A stretch of 64,000 nt of DNA from an uncultured Pseudobdellovibrionaceae bacterium. GTDB taxonomy: Bacteria; Pseudomonadota; Alphaproteobacteria; Micavibrionales; Micavibrionaceae. The position numbers were made by a program, and so were the translations under genes. Every line of letters starts with the position of its first letter. Within the stretch, counting starts at the first letter, position 1. Positions 61,702-64,000 of this stretch are shown one piece after another. The DNA is taken from the NCBI GenBank assembly GCA_964561535.1, contig CAZLPZ010000001.1, positions 40,946 through 104,945 on the forward strand, read 5' to 3'. The notes under the pieces were generated by a model. That model saw only the letters and a program-made list of their open reading frames with translations, had not been told where the DNA came from and made no database searches.

Positions 61702-64000
61702 TTATATCGCCATTGCAACTGATATTCCCCGCTTACTTATATTGGCTGGCTTTCGGATGATTGGATATGCACTTGGCATACCATCATCTTCTGATGTTGT
61801 CCTAAATACATCCTGTAGCCAAGTGGCTTTATCTCTTATGCTTGGGGCAACCGTAAATCTTTTGACTGAGGATGTAGATTCTATCAGGTTACTCGGTCTA
61901 TAGACAACAATATCTCGAGATTGCATTTTCGCCTGCAGGAACAGAGAACCTTGCCATTCTTCCCTTTCTGCAGGCGACATCTCTTCTGTAATTCCATTTT
62001 GGAGATCTAGAGACCAATCAGCCAGAATGTTCATAGATAATAATATTTCCCGAATATCATCTTGATTAAGAACCTTAAAAAAATCCCCTAATGCTAAGAT
62101 CCCTTTTTTTACCTCAACCAAATATTGTGTGTCTTGGCCGGTTTGGTGAAGCTCTTCAATTTTATCACCAGTTACTTTTCCAAAAGCATCAACAATATTA
62201 TCTCCATTTGTTATAGATTTCAGAACAGCATAAATGACCTTACCAAGCATTTTCTGCTCTTCAATTGATGGATCGTCCAAGGCCATAGCACCCGTATCAT
62301 ATATCCCTGCCAAGTTCGTTTCTGGATCAATTGATAATTGTGCTCCATGTCGGTCATGGTCAAATTTTCGGCCAGAGAGAGTATTAGTCAATTCGAATAA
62401 AACATATCCTTTGGCAAAGCTTTTCTTATAACTGATCTGTTTTGGTGTTTTTTCAGGCAAATCATTAAACATTGGCCCCTTTGCTCGGTCCATGATGATC
62501 CAATTCTTACCCTTGGCGCGCCAATCCATCACTTTAAGAGGAAACGAATGGCTTCCATTACTCAAGGTCACGCTATTATAAAGCTTTTTGGCGTGTTCAT
62601 ATTGTTGCTGCCCAGCCTCATGGTCTGTTTCGATTTCCGACATACGAGCAGCCTGAATAATCATTTCGGCAACAGAACGAGTCAGTTCTCGATAACTTAA
62701 ATCTGATGTCCCTTCTTTTGTTTCAAGATCCGCGACAGTACAATGAATAATCCGAAACCCTTTGGCGGCTTTTTCCCTGGCCTCGGGCCGTAAAATCCTT
62801 AAGACACCATCCTCACCAAGCGCGATACTAGTATAGTAAGAAGCAGACCCCATCACCTCACCCAGATATTGCTCTTTCCACAATTCTTCGGGAATGTTTT
62901 CTGCTCTAATCCAATCGTAAACCACCCATCTGGGCGGGATATTGGCGGAGCTTTTTAAATGCTGGAGTTCTTTTTTAATTTTTTCTGGTGTTTTAGGATG
63001 TGAAGAAATTGCTTGACCCAATTTAATTTCTGCCGGCCCCATATTTTCGAGGAAAAACCTTAATGCCTTACCAACATTACCAATATCTAACCCAATATTT
63101 CGGTTTGCAACCATCATGGCAGATAATATAAGCACCCGTTCGTAATCACTTCTTGCCTTAATGTAAGAGTGCATAATTTCACGAGCATATTGTGCCTCGA
63201 TTGATTGGTCGTCTGGACGAATGATGTTGCTCATAACAACATCAAAGACACGTTCCCATGAATGTTCTTTAGGATTTTGTGTGACTTCCTTCTTGGTATT
63301 CACCGCACTTTTAAGCATACGTGCGATGATAAAGGCACGTGCTTCTAAAGGAGCGGACCAAAAATTTTCATAAAAAACTTTGCAATCTGTGGGTTGGGTA
63401 AATTTTAAAACGTTATCTAAACGAGACTCGTGGTCTTTGTATTTTTTAGTCATTGTCCGCTTAATATACGTACTAACTTTCTTACAATCCCTTTTTTCAC
63501 CTTTTGAATTTAGAAATTGAATAAAGTTATTTGCGACATCCGCGTCCCTGTCCATTTCTTCAGTCAAGTAGTCGACGCCAACGCCATAAAGATAACTTTG
63601 AATCATATCATCCGACCCAAGTGAAATTTGACAGCTCTCCTTTATCATCTGAGAGGTTTGTTCTTGAGAAACAATTCGATCCGAAAGGCGTCGTAACAGT
63701 AAATATTTATCGGCCGACGAGATCATATTGGAAAGTAACCCGCCTCTGGCCCCATGCTGAGCCCCGATATCCCAAGGCTTCTTGGTGTCATCTTCTAAAG
63801 ACTTTAAATAGACAGATAGCCGACGCTGGTATTTTTCTGACCCATCATCTTTCCCGAGTCTTGCCGCGGCGTCACTGACATAGATATTGAAGACGCGGTC
63901 TCTGGTTTCTGGGTACGCAGCGCGTAAGCTTTTGTCGAGAAGAATATAGAGGCATTCATTTTTCTTTCGACCAGACGGAAGTTGTTCAACCTTATTAAGA
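61702..64000 (-). CDS. divergent UbiB/ABC1-family atypical kinase-like protein with a long N-terminal extension (5' end probably outside window)
   Basis: KxGQ motif GPAEIKLGQAISSHP, Ala/Ser-rich loop GSASYYT, LRILRPEA, WIIMDRAKG, catalytic-loop-like FDHDRHGAQLSI and YDTG (DFG-like). The frame stays open from the ATG at 63726 up to base 63999. Confidence 0.7.
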   Translation of the reverse strand, partial: LNKVEQLPSGRKKNECLYILLDKSLRAAYPETRDRVFNIYVSDAAARLGKDDGSEKYQRRLSVYLKSLEDDTKKPWDIGAQHGARGGLLSNMISSADKYLLLRRLSDRIVSQEQTSQMIKESCQISLGSDDMIQSYLYGVGVDYLTEEMDRDADVANNFIQFLNSKGEKRDCKKVSTYIKRTMTKKYKDHESRLDNVLKFTQPTDCKVFYENFWSAPLEARAFIIARMLKSAVNTKKEVTQNPKEHSWERVFDVVMSNIIRPDDQSIEAQYAREIMHSYIKARSDYERVLILSAMMVANRNIGLDIGNVGKALRFFLENMGPAEIKLGQAISSHPKTPEKIKKELQHLKSSANIPPRWVVYDWIRAENIPEELWKEQYLGEVMGSASYYTSIALGEDGVLRILRPEAREKAAKGFRIIHCTVADLETKEGTSDLSYRELTRSVAEMIIQAARMSEIETDHEAGQQQYEHAKKLYNSVTLSNGSHSFPLKVMDWRAKGKNWIIMDRAKGPMFNDLPEKTPKQISYKKSFAKGYVLFELTNTLSGRKFDHDRHGAQLSIDPETNLAGIYDTGAMALDDPSIEEQKMLGKVIYAVLKSITNGDNIVDAFGKVTGDKIEELHQTGQDTQYLVEVKKGILALGDFFKVLNQDDIREILLSMNILADWSLDLQNGITEEMSPAEREEWQGSLFLQAKMQSRDIVVYRPSNLIESTSSVKRFTVAPSIRDKATWLQDVFRTTSEDDGMPSAYPIIRKPANISKRGISVAMAI

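Noticed and set aside
63804-63989. 61-aa minus-strand ORF upstream of the kinase-like gene
   Set aside because: A different frame, the one used by the 61702-63726 ORF, is open through this whole stretch and reads as ordinary protein. The 61-aa ORF is more likely an out-of-frame overlap.
1-64000. rRNA, tRNA, CRISPR arrays, IS elements, integrases, prophage genes
   Set aside because: Scanning intergenic regions on both strands showed no T-arm (GGTTCGAATCC-like) strings, no regularly spaced direct repeats and no transposase or integrase motifs among ORF translations.

Overview
This 64 kb window looks like an alphaproteobacterial chromosome segment. The assignment rests on three things. (1) Synteny blocks typical of the class: DUF4164/zauP-like and zapA divergent from tkt; Cbp3-like, cutA, yceD, rpmF, plsX, fabH, ihfA, merR; plsY, dprA, topA, rnr, gltX. 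(2) A RegA/ActR-type response regulator. (3) A GTTC-N7-GTTC SOS box. About 45 coding regions are supportable. I found no rRNA, tRNA, CRISPR array, transposase or integrase.

Housekeeping blocks are interleaved with accessory genes that look more AT-rich by eye (not computed):
- a 1856-aa repeat adhesin (eight VCBS-like modules, three cadherin repeats, a Ca-loop C-terminus);
- a 1293-aa membrane-anchored coiled-coil protein;
- a translationally coupled pair of MotB/OmpA-like proteins followed by a 1108-aa secreted TPR protein, with no MotA;
- an orphan cytochrome P450;
- a guanidino-group-modifying (arginine deiminase/amidinotransferase fold) protein;
- after trmD, where rplS is expected, a segment carrying three unusual genes.

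The most unusual gene is at 57919-60054. It encodes a CheY-like receiver fused to a PPDK-type phosphohistidine swivel and PEP/pyruvate TIM-barrel domain, with no ATP-grasp domain. This suggests a PEP-driven His-to-Asp relay that needs no histidine kinase. Its neighbours are an SOS-box-preceded Y-family polymerase and a divergent UbiB/ABC1-type kinase-like protein. The kinase-like reading frame stays open to the window edge.

Other non-coding observations are a dispersed family of short GC-hairpin repeats (GTCATCCCCGCG...GGGGATCC), a perfect 22-bp palindrome upstream of the adhesin, and a 520-bp gene-free convergent region downstream of zapA with a promoter/hairpin/terminator arrangement suggesting an sRNA. 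All functional calls come from motif recognition by eye. No database search was run.
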